Shown here: in pieces, positions 41,808 through 54,100 of the stretch
How the letters are laid out: every line of letters starts with the position of its first letter
Position numbering within the stretch: the stretch's first letter is position 1
DNA from: Gnetum montanum
Lineage: Eukaryota; Plantae; Gnetophyta
Assembly: GCA_015680685.1 (NCBI GenBank)
Contig: MNCI01000685.1
Location: 62,001 to 126,000, forward strand
Reading direction: 5' to 3'
DNA length: 64,000 nucleotides
Program-made: the position numbers and the translations under genes
The notes under the pieces: model-generated
What the model saw: only the letters and a program-made list of their open reading frames with translations
Databases searched by the model: none
Told to the model about the DNA's origin: nothing

Positions 41808-41896
41808 ATTTGTGATATGGTTGCTATCACAAGACTTATGAATGCAACTCTTGTAATCCCAAGTCTCGATAATAGTTGCTTTTAGGGTGATTCAAG
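41808..41896 (+). pseudogene. Captured 89-nt exon of a plant O-fucosyltransferase-family (GT106) gene
   Basis: AG|ICDMVAITRLMNATLVIPSLDNSCF*GDS(S)|GC; matches family motif ICDMVA.AR..NATLV.P.LD..SFW.D.S; W codon changed to TAG. Confidence 0.88.
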
Positions 41897-43049
41897 GCAA
41901 CAATGCTTAGTTTCTACTTTCATTATTCTTACAATATTTGAGTTTGTTTAAGCTTTTCGACCATCATTCTACAAAAAATTTTATCCACCCAAGCCCCAGT
42001 GCTATCAATTTCTAGCCTCTTGTTGTGTCAAAAACTTGGTTTGTGTTTTTGATATTGTCAATTTGATGTTATTTCATGTTGTATCTTTGGTTTTCATTGT
42101 ATTTTCATGTTCTAACATTTTTAATGTTTTGTTTATATGCCTTGCAGTGTTGAAATTGATGAAAATATTGATGATATGGATTGCCCTCTTCCTCCCATCT
42201 CTTGGTTTTCACTCCCACTGAATTTGTTACATTTCACTGTTTTAATTTTATCATTGTTGTTGTATTTTATTATCACAACCTTAGAGAATGTATTATTTTT
42301 GGTTGTTGTATGTTGTGCAGTGCAATTATGGCTATGAATATTTATATTTCTTATACATGTATATTTTTTACCATGTGTTATATAGTGTAACTATGGCTAT
42401 TATTTTGGTTTAAAATTTTTATGTTTCATATATTTTATATTTTTCTATATTTTACATTTTCATGAAAACTTAAATAGTAAAAGAAGGCCATGAGCTAAGG
42501 CTAAAACTAAAGATAAGGTTACAAAGTAAAATTGATGCAATAAAATCACAAAGGAAAGGCATAAACATTAAAGTAAAACAATAAACATTACGATGAGGTA
42601 AACTAGTTATAATGCATAAACAATGGAAAGAAGAGGCTATGTATTTACCAGTTTCAGGCCCAAGGAAGTTATTGCATTGCTAATGTTAGGCCTTGATGGA
42701 TTGTTGCCTTACTAGTTTTAGGCCTTGGTGGGCCATTTTTTTTGCCAATTTTAGGCCTTAGTAGGCCATAGCCACATTTTTCTAACAAGTATGAGATAGC
42801 CTCAAAAGAGCATATAAAGATAAAACAAACAATGAAACATGATATAAAATTGTGAAGGTGAACAAATGATTGTTAACTAATGAAGTGATAAGATGTCTAT
42901 GATGTATTTGTTGCTTGATCCTTGATAAATCAAGGGACTTATTTTATATGATCCCATGCTCATCATGATTCTTATTTGATATGGAAATTGGTAGATGTTT
43001 TTGTTGATCATTTAACATTGTAGATTTGACATTGTTAACATTGTTGTTG

Positions 43050-46000
43050 TTTTTAGCCCTACCCTGAGCATCAGGACTTTTATCTTGAAACTCTACCTTT
43101 GAACCTTAGTCAATATTAACGTTGTTGATAGATGATGAACATGTGTTATCTCCATGAATGACAATTTCATAATCCTCGTATGAGAAGTGATTCTCCTTAT
43201 ACATAGGAGATGAGACTATGTGGAGCTTACCTAACCATGGTCTTCCTAGGATTAAGTTAAAACCTGGTGTCTCTTCGACTATTAGGAAGTTGGCAGAAGT
43301 GGGAAATTATTCTCTAGCTATGAAATCCAAGGTGATAGAACCTTGTACAGCTACACATGGCCTATTGAATGACTAAAGTGTAGAGGTAGAGATTTCTTGG
43401 ATATTTTCTGTTAAGCCTAGTTTCTCAACAATGGTAAATGGTACTACATTGGCTATTGCCCTATCATCTACATGAACATGATGAACTTTATACCTGCTAA
43501 TACATATCGTAATGAGGAGAGCAGCATATAGCACCTCTCTACTTTGTGAGTTAGTCTTCACCTCACTATCATGAAAGTTAAATATAGGTTGATGCCTATT
43601 TTTCTCAAGTAAAGTTTGCTCAATGATAGAGCAGATGGATTTTTTTTTTATTTTTTTTGTTAGGCATGTCTCTGCTCATAGGAATAGAGGTCAAAATTTA
43701 AGTTAGCACATCTCTATGAGCAGGGGAAATCATGACTAGGTCATAAAGGTTCAAGGATGTGTTCTATTATTTGAGGGACCATTTAGCTTGTTCCATTATT
43801 GCAAGGAAATTCTTTCTCTTAGTGTGTGATCTTTTAGCCTTGGTGGTCTTAATTTCCTCCATTCACCATATAATTTTTTATTCATATCTTTGTGTATGTT
43901 GCTTGGGCCCCTTGTCCATGGGTGTAGCTAATCTTGGTGTAGGCTTTGGTGGGTCAACTTGTTTCCAAGAGTTTTATTGTTGACTACCTTTAGTAGGGTT
44001 AGTTGCTAGTTTGGTGACAGGTTTTTTTCATTGCTATTGTGATGATTATTTCTTGTTAATCATTGAATTTTTGGCTATTAGAGCTATACTTTGGTCATGG
44101 GTTATTATGGATTTTCTTGTTGAAGGCAGGTAGACTCAGATAACAAATGGTTCCTTAGCCTTAGAAGGATTGGTAATGTGTTGTTTGGGTTATGGTATTG
44201 ATGTCACTGAAGGTGGGATACATATGACAAAAGACTTCTTAGGGACCAGAGGTTATGATACCTTGATGACAAAGGGGATTTTAGGCTTTATGTTGTGAGG
44301 TTAAGGTGGTCCCTTGATAACAAATAGTTTCTTAGGAGGATCAGATCATTTGGTTGTTGTGAATGAGGCTATAGTGTAAGAGTTATAGTTAGTGTTTGGA
44401 GAGTTGGCTTGTTTAACACTAACTCTCCATAGTCAATAATCTTTTGGAGGTCATCCATTATGGCTAGGTAGAAATTAGTATCATGACCAGTAATTTGATG
44501 ATAATGGCAAAACCTATCCAATTTGAAGTACTTTTGTAGTGTCAAATCATCTTTGGTTGCTATCTTTGGATCTCTAGCTATGTCACAAAGACGATCATGC
44601 CTCTTATGAGCTTCCTTAGATAGTTGTTTATGTTGTATATGATTGTCTTTAAGCAACTATTCTAAAAGCTCTGAGTGCTTCATAAGCAACCTAGTGTACT
44701 TTGACCTATCTTTTTGCTCAAAATTTGATCTTGGTTGGTTGGAAGCATATGAAGTAAATGGATGAGATGATTTAAAATATGTGTTGCATGGTGGTGATCT
44801 CTATCTTTCTGCTTGTTTTGTATCCTTGGATGTTGTAGCCACGGTTGTTTGCTCTTACTTAGTTTTCTCCCTATCCCTCCTCACATGTTGGTTTTTATAG
44901 GCCACATAGGCTAATTTGTTACTAACCTCAATTGCTTCCTTAATGTTTTTAGTTTGAAAAAAGGCTTGGCTCAAAGATTGGAGCTCTACGTAATAAAGCT
45001 TTGACTTAGTGAAGTCATTAGCTACTCTCTTGAAGATAGACAAAAGGTGAGTTTCAAAGATAGGCTTTGGAATCTCATTGAGTGTTGAATTTCATCTCTA
45101 AATGAACCTTTGAACTAGTTAAAGTGACTCCTACCTCACCTTTATGAGTTAATCCAATGTTGTATCTAGCTTTAAGTTGTATCTGAAGTATTTGATGAAT
45201 TGATTTATTAAGTGTTCAAGGAAAGAGATGAAATCTCTAAGCAAGGTTCGATATCAATCTAAAGCCTTTACCTTAAGGGCCATAGGGAAAATCATGTGAG
45301 GCCAATCTTGCAACAAGAGGCACTCAAAATAGAAGGTGACCAAGTGTGCATTAGAATCCCCTTTACCAGTGTATTTTGTGAAGTTCAGTATAGGCATGCT
45401 TGTAGGTAAGGTTATTTGAGGAACAATAAGACTTATGGGATCATCCTCGTAGAAATTCATAACCTTCACCATTTGTGAGCTTTAAGCTTTCATAGCCCTT
45501 TGGTAAGGACTTGGATCATTTGGAAGGCTTGATCTAAGCCTTAGAACATTCCTGATGGTTGTGGTATTTTCACTAATGGTTGTGAAGGTTGAATGGCTTG
45601 GGGCTACGCTGTGGACATCTATATAGATTAGAGAGGTTATGTAATTACTATCATAGGGGAGTTAAATAGCAAGAAGAATGTTTGAGTTGGGATATGAGGG
45701 ATGAAGGGAACAAAGGAGGTATGGGAGGTTTGTGAAGCCTAGGGTCCCAAAGAGAACCCCATTGGTATGACAAAAGAAGATGGTGTGGCAGATACCACTA
45801 GTGATGATCACATAGAATGAGGTTGTGTAGTGAACAACATTGTTGAGAACAAAGGTGCAAAATGGAACATTGACTAAGTTTGGTGCACTACTACAATGAG
45901 TGTTAAGGTGAACATGGTAGGGAATAAAGGTGGAGACTAAGGAATTTGATCTATAGAGAAGAAAGGAGGCTTATAGCTAGGAATGGTCATCTCAAGGTGA

Positions 46001-47093
46001 ACATGGTAGGGAATAAAGGTGGAGACTAAGGAATTTGATCTATAGAGAAGAAAGGAGGCTTATAGCTAGGAATGGTCATCTCAAGGTGAACATGGTAGGG
46101 AATAAAGGTGGAGACTAAGGAATTTGATCTATAGAGAAGAAAGGAGGCTTATAGCTAGGAATGGTCATCTCAAGGTGAACATGGTAGGGAATAAAGGTGG
46201 AGACTAAGGAATTTGATCTATAGAGAAGAAAGGAGGCTTATAGCTAGGAATGGTCATCTCAAGGTGAACATGGTAGGGAATAAAGGTGGAGACTAAGGAA
46301 TTTGATCTATAGAGAAGAAAGGAGGCTTATAGCTAGGAATGGTCATCTCAAGGTGAACATGGTAGGGAATAAAGGTGGAGACTAAGGAATTTGATCTATA
46401 GAGAAGAAAGGAGGCTTATAGCTAGGAATGGTCATCTCAAGGTGAACATGGTAGGGAATAAAGGTGGAGACTAAGGAATTTGATCTATAGAGAAGAAAGG
46501 AGGCTTATAGCTAGGAATGGTCATCTCAAGGTGAACATGGTAGGGAATAAAGGTGGAGACTAAGGAATTTGATCTATAGAGAAGAAAGGAGGCTTATAGC
46601 TAGGAATGGTCATCTCAAGGTGAACATGGTAGGGAATAAAGGTGGAGACTAAGGAATTTGATCTATAGAGAAGAAAGGAGGCGTATAGCTAGGAATGGTC
46701 ATCTCGAGAACCATATAGTGTAAGAGGTTCCCTATGAATATGTTTGGCTCATACTCTACTCCAAACCCATCTTGTTCCTCTTGGTTTTGGTCTAAGTTCT
46801 ACTAGTTGTGCTAGCATATGTGTATGTAAATTTGTTATCTTGATATGGTCATAAGGGGAGAGAATATATTTCTTCCTGTTTTAGTGAATAATTTTGAATT
46901 ACCATTTGCACTCTGATTTTGTGTGTGGGATGGGAAAGCTAGCTTGAATCTTAGCACAAATGAAGTTATAATATTCTTTATTAATGTTTGTGTAAGATGG
47001 GTCCAATCCCATTTGTTGAAGGGATTGCCTATATTCTACCATAGCAAGATCCTTAGGATCATAGATACAGACAAATTCTTGGTTGGGTGCCAT
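43050..47093 (-). pseudogene. Tat/Ogre-type gag and aspartic protease
   Basis: Candidate start MAPNQEF at 47093; FTKYTGKGDSNAHL gag core; CHYHQITGHDT zinc knuckle; protease VHVDD..ANV and FNLILGRPWL. Confidence 0.88.
45905..46705. repeat. 89-bp tandem repeat, 9 essentially identical copies
   Basis: Unit starts at 45905, 45994, 46083 ... 46617; one substitution seen in the last copy. Confidence 0.97.
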
Positions 47094-47996
47094 GTGTGTT
47101 GTGTTGTGAGGTAAAATTATGAAATGATGAAAAGGCATAAAAGATATAAGACTAATGTGTAAAAATGCTAACTTATGAACTCTAATGCATGAGAGGTCCA
47201 AGTTGTACAAATCTCAACATATAAGCTAGCTTATAAAACGTATTAAGCTAACTTGTAGAGCATAATGAGGTAACTTGTAAAATGTATTAAGCTAATTTAT
47301 GAAAAATCTTAGCTTGTTAGGATGCCAACATATTTAAGCTAACTTATAAGGTGCCAATGTGTTAAGAGTTTCAACTTATAAAACTATAATATATTAACTG
47401 CAACTGCAATGAAACATTAAAAATTAAAACTTTTCAAAAAATTTCTAGCATTTAACTACATTGGGGAAATTGAAATTATGCTTCAACATTTATAGCTAAA
47501 CATAGAAAAACTTTTAAAGTACAGGTGCATGAGACAGGAAAATTAGTACACACTGCAACTACAAAAAATAAATCTAAAAGTTGTAGATGCAAGAGGTAAG
47601 AGTAGCACTAGGCACTACAATTGTGGAAAAATTAAATTTTCAAATTACTGATCACAGGGAGTTGGATCTATGTACTGCCATTGTAAAAATTAATTTGGTT
47701 GTAATTTCAAGTTGCGGGGAATCTAGCCAATGCTACAAACTACCTTGTGAAAATAGTGATGAGAAAATTTGGTTTTAAGCTAAAATTGATTTATGCTCTA
47801 CAAGTTGGTGTTTTGGAAAAACCCAAAATTTGGTTTATGCTCTACATGTTGGTGTTTTGGAAAAATCCAAAAAATTGGTTTATGCTTGGTCTTGGGAAAA
47901 TCCAAAACAAATTTTAATGTTTAAAGTATATTGACAAGAAAATGCAAAAATATGTGAAGTATTGGAAAATGGGTTTTGATGAAAAAATTAGGTAGA

Positions 47997-48015
47997 GGAC
48001 CTTCTTCTAGCACCA
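47997..48015 (-). promoter_or_regulatory. Primer-binding site, tRNA-Asn
   Basis: Minus strand TGGTGCTAGAAGAAGG vs complement of plant tRNA-Asn 3' end TGGCGCTAGAAGGAGG; adjacent to 5' LTR. Confidence 0.75.
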
Positions 48016-48020
48016 AAAAA

Positions 48021-49038
48021 TATAGCAATGGAAAAATTTAGTGCTGAAAAGCCAAAAATTCCTATACAAAACAATTTAACCCTAGATCCAATGGTCTTTA
48101 GAAAAGCATCTAAAGCACCTCAAATAGTCTGGTTGATTACTTGAGGACTTAGACTATCTATTACTGAGTATTAAAAGACGTAAACCATATGGTAGTTTAA
48201 GCACAGAGTTTGATAATAAAGAGATGTAAAAATGAACATGACAAGCAAAGAAAAATGTAAACTCTGTATTAAATGTAATAAAAATTTATGGAAATCAAGG
48301 TTTAAAGAATACAACTTGTGGGCTTAAAAAATCCAAGAGAAAAAAGAATGGTCTTGGAGTTTTGATGCAAATGGCAAGGTATGTTCTGCAACTAGATTTG
48401 TACTTGTATATACCAAATGATTTGCACTTGAACTTTGCCTATGGTTGGTTCTCTTTACTTTGATGCTCTGTACTAGTTAAAAAATGGCTATGAACCTTTT
48501 AGATTTTTGTTTTGCTCTAAAAGTCTCTAGAAAATAATCCAAAAGTCCTTAAGAAGGTGCAAACTTTGGCTTAAATAGGCTATGAATGTCTTGATTTTTT
48601 GTTGGTTGATTTAGATATGATTGCTGCCAAATTTTTAACAACTTCTACAACTTTTTGGAAGCTTTGTGTGGCCAAAATCTACAACATGTGGTATACCAAT
48701 GTTTTTGGCCTTTTGGGCATGCAATACCAATGTATTTGGAACTTTCACCATCCACAAAGTGCAACATATTAACCACAAATGTTTTTGACTTTTCTTGCAA
48801 AATTTTGACAATGTATTAACATAGTATACCACACATGTTGGCTTAAATGGAATTCCAACATTGTGGGTTGTAAATTCCACCTCACACATTTAACAAATGT
48901 CCAAAATATTGCAAGAATAAGGTTGTGTGGTAGGATTTTTAATGGGGAAGTAGGCAATTATTTTTATCTTTAAGTTCCCACCAAATTACAATGTGCATTC
49001 TTGACTATTAGGCTTTTCTTAACTATTAGGGTGTTTTA
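48021..49038 (-). repeat. 5' LTR of gag-PR element
   Basis: Homologous to 26547-27650; both terminal dinucleotides mutated (TA...TA). Confidence 0.88.
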
Positions 49039-49043
49039 CTTGG

Positions 49044-49057
49044 CCTACCATGTTCAC
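49044..49057 (-). pseudogene. Micro-exon of element B RT gene (18 nt with 26543-26546), split by the gag-PR insertion
   Basis: Reconstructed CCTAG|GTGAACATGGTAGGCCAG|GTATGT, homologous to 19812-19877; downstream intron 26473-26542 ends TCTTTAG. Confidence 0.75.
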
Positions 49058-50415
49058 CTAGGCTAAAATTACAAGATCAAATTTGCTATCAAGAGAAGAG
49101 AAAACATTAAAAAATAAGCGAAAAACATCAAAAGGTTGATGTCAAAAGTCTAGGAGTGTGTATCATTTTTACAATATAAAACAATGTTGGAAGAAAAAGT
49201 TAGGTACACAACTTTCATTTACAATGAGCACTATTGAGAATCAATGCCCAAGCTTCTAAAAAGTGACAACACAGCAGGAACTCCTAGAAAAAGATGATAA
49301 GTCATAGCAGTAGTGGCAAATAAGGGACCAAAGGTGGATCTAACAAAAAGGGATTGCCTTGACCTACTTATAGTCTCCTAGAGCTCAACAATTAGTTACC
49401 AAAACCCTAGTGAGGAATTTTTATCTTATTTTACTATTACTGTAGCGTTATTGTAATGGAAGTTTTAGAATGTACCAAAATTCTAAAAGATTTGTCTAGG
49501 TATTGGATTTTGAAGCTTGAATTCAACATTGTATAGTAGTTTAGAATAGATTTAAGCTAGGAATCTAACATTTTAGTTTGATTTTATGATGGGAATTGAG
49601 AACTCCAAAACGTTACTTAGGTTTTTCATGTTTCTGGATGTTTTCTAAGATCTGTGATTAGAAATTAAATGCATGTATCAATTTCTTAGTCTACTTTGCT
49701 GTGAGACACATCAAAATCTAGGGCTTTTATGCAAATTTTATAGTAAAATTTATCAAGATTTAGAATTTTAACATTTTTGCTATTGTATTATTCAAAGTGA
49801 TGTAGCTAGGGCAATGAATATCATATTTTTATGTGATTTTGAGCTAAATTTAACAAATGTATTAGAGAGGAGGTAAAATTATAACTAAATTGATGTTTTC
49901 ATGAAATAATTTAGAATCATTTTCACAAAATCATAAGAAAACATCATATTAGGGGTTTTTGGGTCATGAAGAACATGATGCATGATTAACTTGATGAGAG
50001 ATTTTAACATGATAGAATGAAAGTGTTTATTCCAAATGCTAAGTATTGGAGACATTATGCATTCAAATTGAGTTTTCGATGTGAGACATCAAAATTCAAA
50101 GTTATCACTACATTAAGATTTTATGATGTTGTGCATCAAAAGAAATGACATATGATGTCAAAGTTATTTTTACCAAACATACTTAAATTTTGATGTAATT
50201 CATAGATTGTTTTGATGTGAAATGTCAAATTTTAGATTTATCACTTAGAAGTTTTTGCCAAACACCATAGGACAAATGATGTGAGAGATCAAAATAAGAT
50301 TTAACACATCACATAGAAGTAGCTAGGGAAATTGATGTAGAGCATAAGAGTTTTAACATGAAAAATTTCAACATTCTCTAGTGTGCTTTTGACATTATCT
50401 TTTTTTTCTCTATAG

Positions 50416-50725
50416 GGATGTTGCAACATTAAGATTACTTGTTATTAAACCAATATACTTCTTTCCTGTAGATGAAGGAAGTATTTTGGAGACTAACCAA
50501 AGAAAGGCTTGTCCAATAATAACCAAGCCACTGTTCAAAGATAATACATTGATCCTACCAAAACTATGGGCAAGGAAAGGGGTTGTAGAATTACTGATAT
50601 TCTACATCGCTTACTTCCATGTGGTGATTTGGATGAGCTTAGGAGAAGAAGTGGGCTTGTGGCATTTGGAGACAATCCTTCTAGAATTCTTTGCAAAGCT
50701 TACAGAGATTATTTACAAGTTGTAG
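50416..50725 (+). pseudogene. Conserved hydrophobic coding exon, copy B
   Basis: Follows polypyrimidine-TAG acceptor at 50415; DVATLRLLVIKPIYFFPVDEGSILET aligns with DATTSRLMVIEPLLLFLIDDKSILKN of copy A. Confidence 0.6.
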
Positions 50726-51128
50726 TCAAATGTTGAAGAGCTTACCATGGATGCATTGGTATATAGAAAATGCTTGGATAAATTGTGGGAATGAAAGGAA
50801 TATTGATATTTCAATATTGATAGCACATTACTACTAGAGATGTAGACTACTAGAGTAATGTCTAAGACACCAAGCATACAAATGTTTGTTAAAAGATGAG
50901 CTAGAAAAGATTAAAGTTAGAAGAAAGTTAGCCTTTATTGGCCAAAAAGACTAATTTTAAGTTTATGGTACAAGTTTAAGGATTGAGATATGCAAAGCCC
51001 TGATTACATGACATTCCTCTAAAATTTGCTATTACACCTATCATGACATCAAAATTGGAGACCTTAGGTGATGTCTTAGTTTAATTTGTAATACAAAATC
51101 ATAAGAACACATAGATTCTAAAAAGAAT

Positions 51129-54100
51129 ATGAAAATAAGAGATGGGTTCATGTATTAGGGAATGAAGTTCGAGGAGAGCATGCAAAGTAGCTAATGGGGT
51201 CAAGGATTATCCTAAGGCCTAAAGTTAAGCATAAGTATTTTAAGAAGTTATTTTCATGTGTTTTTTTTTCTAAAAGAAATAGTTTGTTGATAAAAGCTAA
51301 TGCCTATTTGTAGGTCAAATAGACATTAATGATGCCAAGTTCATTGATGTCATGAGAGATGCAGAGAATGTATGAGATGAGATCCATAAGTAAGGTAGTA
51401 AGTGCCCAAAAGTTACTTTTTGAAGGTGAGGAAGTCAAATATTTTACAAGGTTTGATAGGGTAGGAATTTTATGTGCTTTATGCTTAAAGTACTCCCTAC
51501 CCTAGTGTAGTAGAGTGTGTTGGCTTAATAAAGAGTTATGTAGCTAACAAGGTAGTTTTTGTCATTTTTGTAAACTAGAAACAAGTGATGATCACTTGGG
51601 TTCTAGCTACACTAAGATATTGGTTGGGCTTTACCAAAAGAAGAATAAAGATTAATATCACTAAGTTGGATTCAGTAGAGTTATCAATAGTAGAGAAATG
51701 GATAGAATCATAGAAGAGGAATGCCATTAAAATGAATAAGGGGAATAATGAGGATCTAAAAAAGACTTTTTTCTTTATTTATAAAAATACTCCTATATAA
51801 TAAAATTAGGTGAAAATGAAAATTGACCTCTGGGAGGTTGTACACATTATACGAGACTATGTCCCAAGGAAGGACAACCGACTAGGTACTAGTGATCTAT
51901 TAAGAGGTAGTTGCAGAGATAGAACAACTATCTTAGGAGAAAAAGAATGGGAAGAAGAAGAAAGTGAGTAAAAGGCTCAATTTTAGGTTTTATTATAGGT
52001 TAATAAGAGTAGCAATAACTTTGTTTACCTGTGGTGGGGACAAGCAAGCTAATATTTCTTTGGAAGCAGACTTCGGACCCCCATTATGCCAACACTTGGA
52101 AAGTTTAATATCTACCTATAGCATCAGAGGCAAAGGTCCTTTGACATCAGAATTAAAGAGTATGAAAGAAGTTAGGTCTTCAATGTCTAAAAACATTGAA
52201 GAACTCTAGAAGAAAATAAGTAGGGATGTTAAAGCAAGGAAGGAGGCAATTTTAGAGAGTACATCTAAAACTTTGAAGAAAGGGAAAGTGTCTAAAAAAA
52301 CAAACACTCTTTTAGAGGAAGATATCACTTCAAGGATGCTAAAAATCAACATATGCAAGGAAAAGTTAGAAGCACAAATAAGTAAGTTAGTTTTTTTTTT
52401 TTTTGGAATTTTTGCTAAGTATTTTCAACACGACATCATTTCTAGTTTTAACATGATTGAGAAATGATGTAATACTAACACTTAGCCATTTTCTCGATCA
52501 TAAAGGCTGCAAGAGATAGCAGGGCTCTAGAACATGAAGTAATGAAGTTATGTTCTACCCTTTTTTCATTCTTGAAGGACAAAAGGAAGGTATAATTCAA
52601 GAGGGAAAGAACTTCTTGGATAACTTATTTTCATTATAGGCAAATGAAGAAAATAGAGAAAGTATGACTTTTTCTAATTTTCTTGATTTATTTTTTTATG
52701 AAATAGGCCAAGAAGAACAAGAAGGTAAGGATGGAGGAAGAAATGAACCTTCAAAGTTTGAACTTCCTCCTCCTTCTCTATTGGACATCACTCCTCCTAG
52801 TAGACTAGTTTTGACCAATTTTGAGGTTTGCAAGTGGATAAAGAAAGTGAATAGCTTTAGATTCTCCACATCATATGGTAAGTGTAAATGATGTGATGTT
52901 AAAATTTTTGAAATTAATAAAATTTTAACACAAATAAGACTTAATCATTTTCTTCACTAGAGATGAAAAGAAAAATCTAGGCTTAGGTTATGGACAAGCA
53001 GATGATGTTAGAAGATTTAATAGAAGACATGAAGGCAAAAATGAATTTGCTATCTCAAAAGAAAGGTAAGTTTAGAAAATTATTTTTACTAAATAACATT
53101 CATTAGTTAGAGGTATAGAATCTAATGTTGTCTTGGTTAAAATGCAAAAATAAAGATAAAATTAAAATTAGCATTAGGTGACCTTTCATGATTCTTCAAT
53201 AAACATAGATGTCATGGTGAAGAAGATTGATGTAGATAAAATAAGTGTTGCTCTTAACTATGTAAAGGACATTGGAGTATTAGCCATTAAATATTCCAAT
53301 ACCAATGCCATGCTCCTAAACTCATTAGAGCAAGCATGAAAAGATAAAGAAGAAAATGACAAACAAATAAAGATTTTGTTTGACCAAGTAGAACTATTAG
53401 AAGCAGAGATCTATGGTAATAACATGGTGAGGTATAACCCTTATTCCAATGCATATTGAATGAAAAGGAATAAAGAAATTGAGTTTCAAAGAGCATTGAT
53501 GAAGAGAAAACGTTTAGCTTTGGCCATGACGCAATCCATGACAAATTTGAGAAACTTAGCCATAGCCTGGGAAAGTTGGGGAAAGAAGTAATGAATAAAT
53601 AAAAAGAGATAAAAAAGAGAGTACCAAAGGCTATTGAAAAAATAAGGAGTTTATGTAGATAAAGACTTTGTTCATTAAACGAACTAAGTTAGAAGACTTA
53701 TTCAATGATTTTGCACAAAGTATGATAATCACCACATTGGCAGAAGAATAGAGGGATCTTAAAGAGGAATCAATAGTAGAATGGAAAGATGATGACATCT
53801 CGCTAGAAGAGTTGAAAGCCTATGAAGAAAAATGGGAAACTATCCTATTAAAGATTCCAAGTTTAGCCTTTGAGAAATTAGACATAGCATATCTGAGCTT
53901 GGAAAAGATAGAATAATGAATCCTAGAAATCTATGAAGAAACCCAAGATAAGTAGTAAGACTTACAAGAATCATTTTATTTTATTCTATTTAGATACATG
54001 ATAAAATAAAACTAAATCTTATGATCATGTTTGTTTGTTTGCAAATGTCCAATGTAGAGAAGATTTACTTTAAAATTAACACTTATCTTATATTTTTCAT

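Larger units (their letters stand above)
39227..42787. mobile_element. Non-autonomous TGT...ACA element with inverted subterminal repeats and captured exon(s); Ginger-like DNA transposon candidate
   Basis: Termini TGTTAAATAATGCG / CACATTTTTCTAACA, flanks AGGAT/AGTAT, left AAGGCCAAAAC repeats vs right GTTTTAGGCCTT repeats. Confidence 0.65.
26547..49038 (-). mobile_element. Non-autonomous gag-protease-only Tat/Ogre-like LTR retrotransposon, with nested Athila (28787-38848) and TGT-ended element (39227-42787)
   Basis: LTR pair 26547-27650 and 48021-49038, TSD CCTGG/CTTGG, tRNA-Asn PBS, PPT AAAGAGGGGCCAA; gag and protease present, no RT/RH/INT recognisable. Confidence 0.88.

Noticed and set aside
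41808-41896. Live exon of a giant-intron host gene spanning the window
   Set aside because: It has an in-frame stop at a conserved Trp and lies inside nested elements with matched TSDs
42753-42786. Helitron 3' end (GGCCT-TAGT-AGGCC hairpin then CTAA)
   Set aside because: Stem is only 5 bp and not followed by T; TIR plus TSD explain the boundary better
49044-49059. 16-nt inverted match to the 89-bp repeat unit (AGGTGAACATGGTAGG)
   Set aside because: About one such match is expected by chance in a 64-kb self-comparison; no extension
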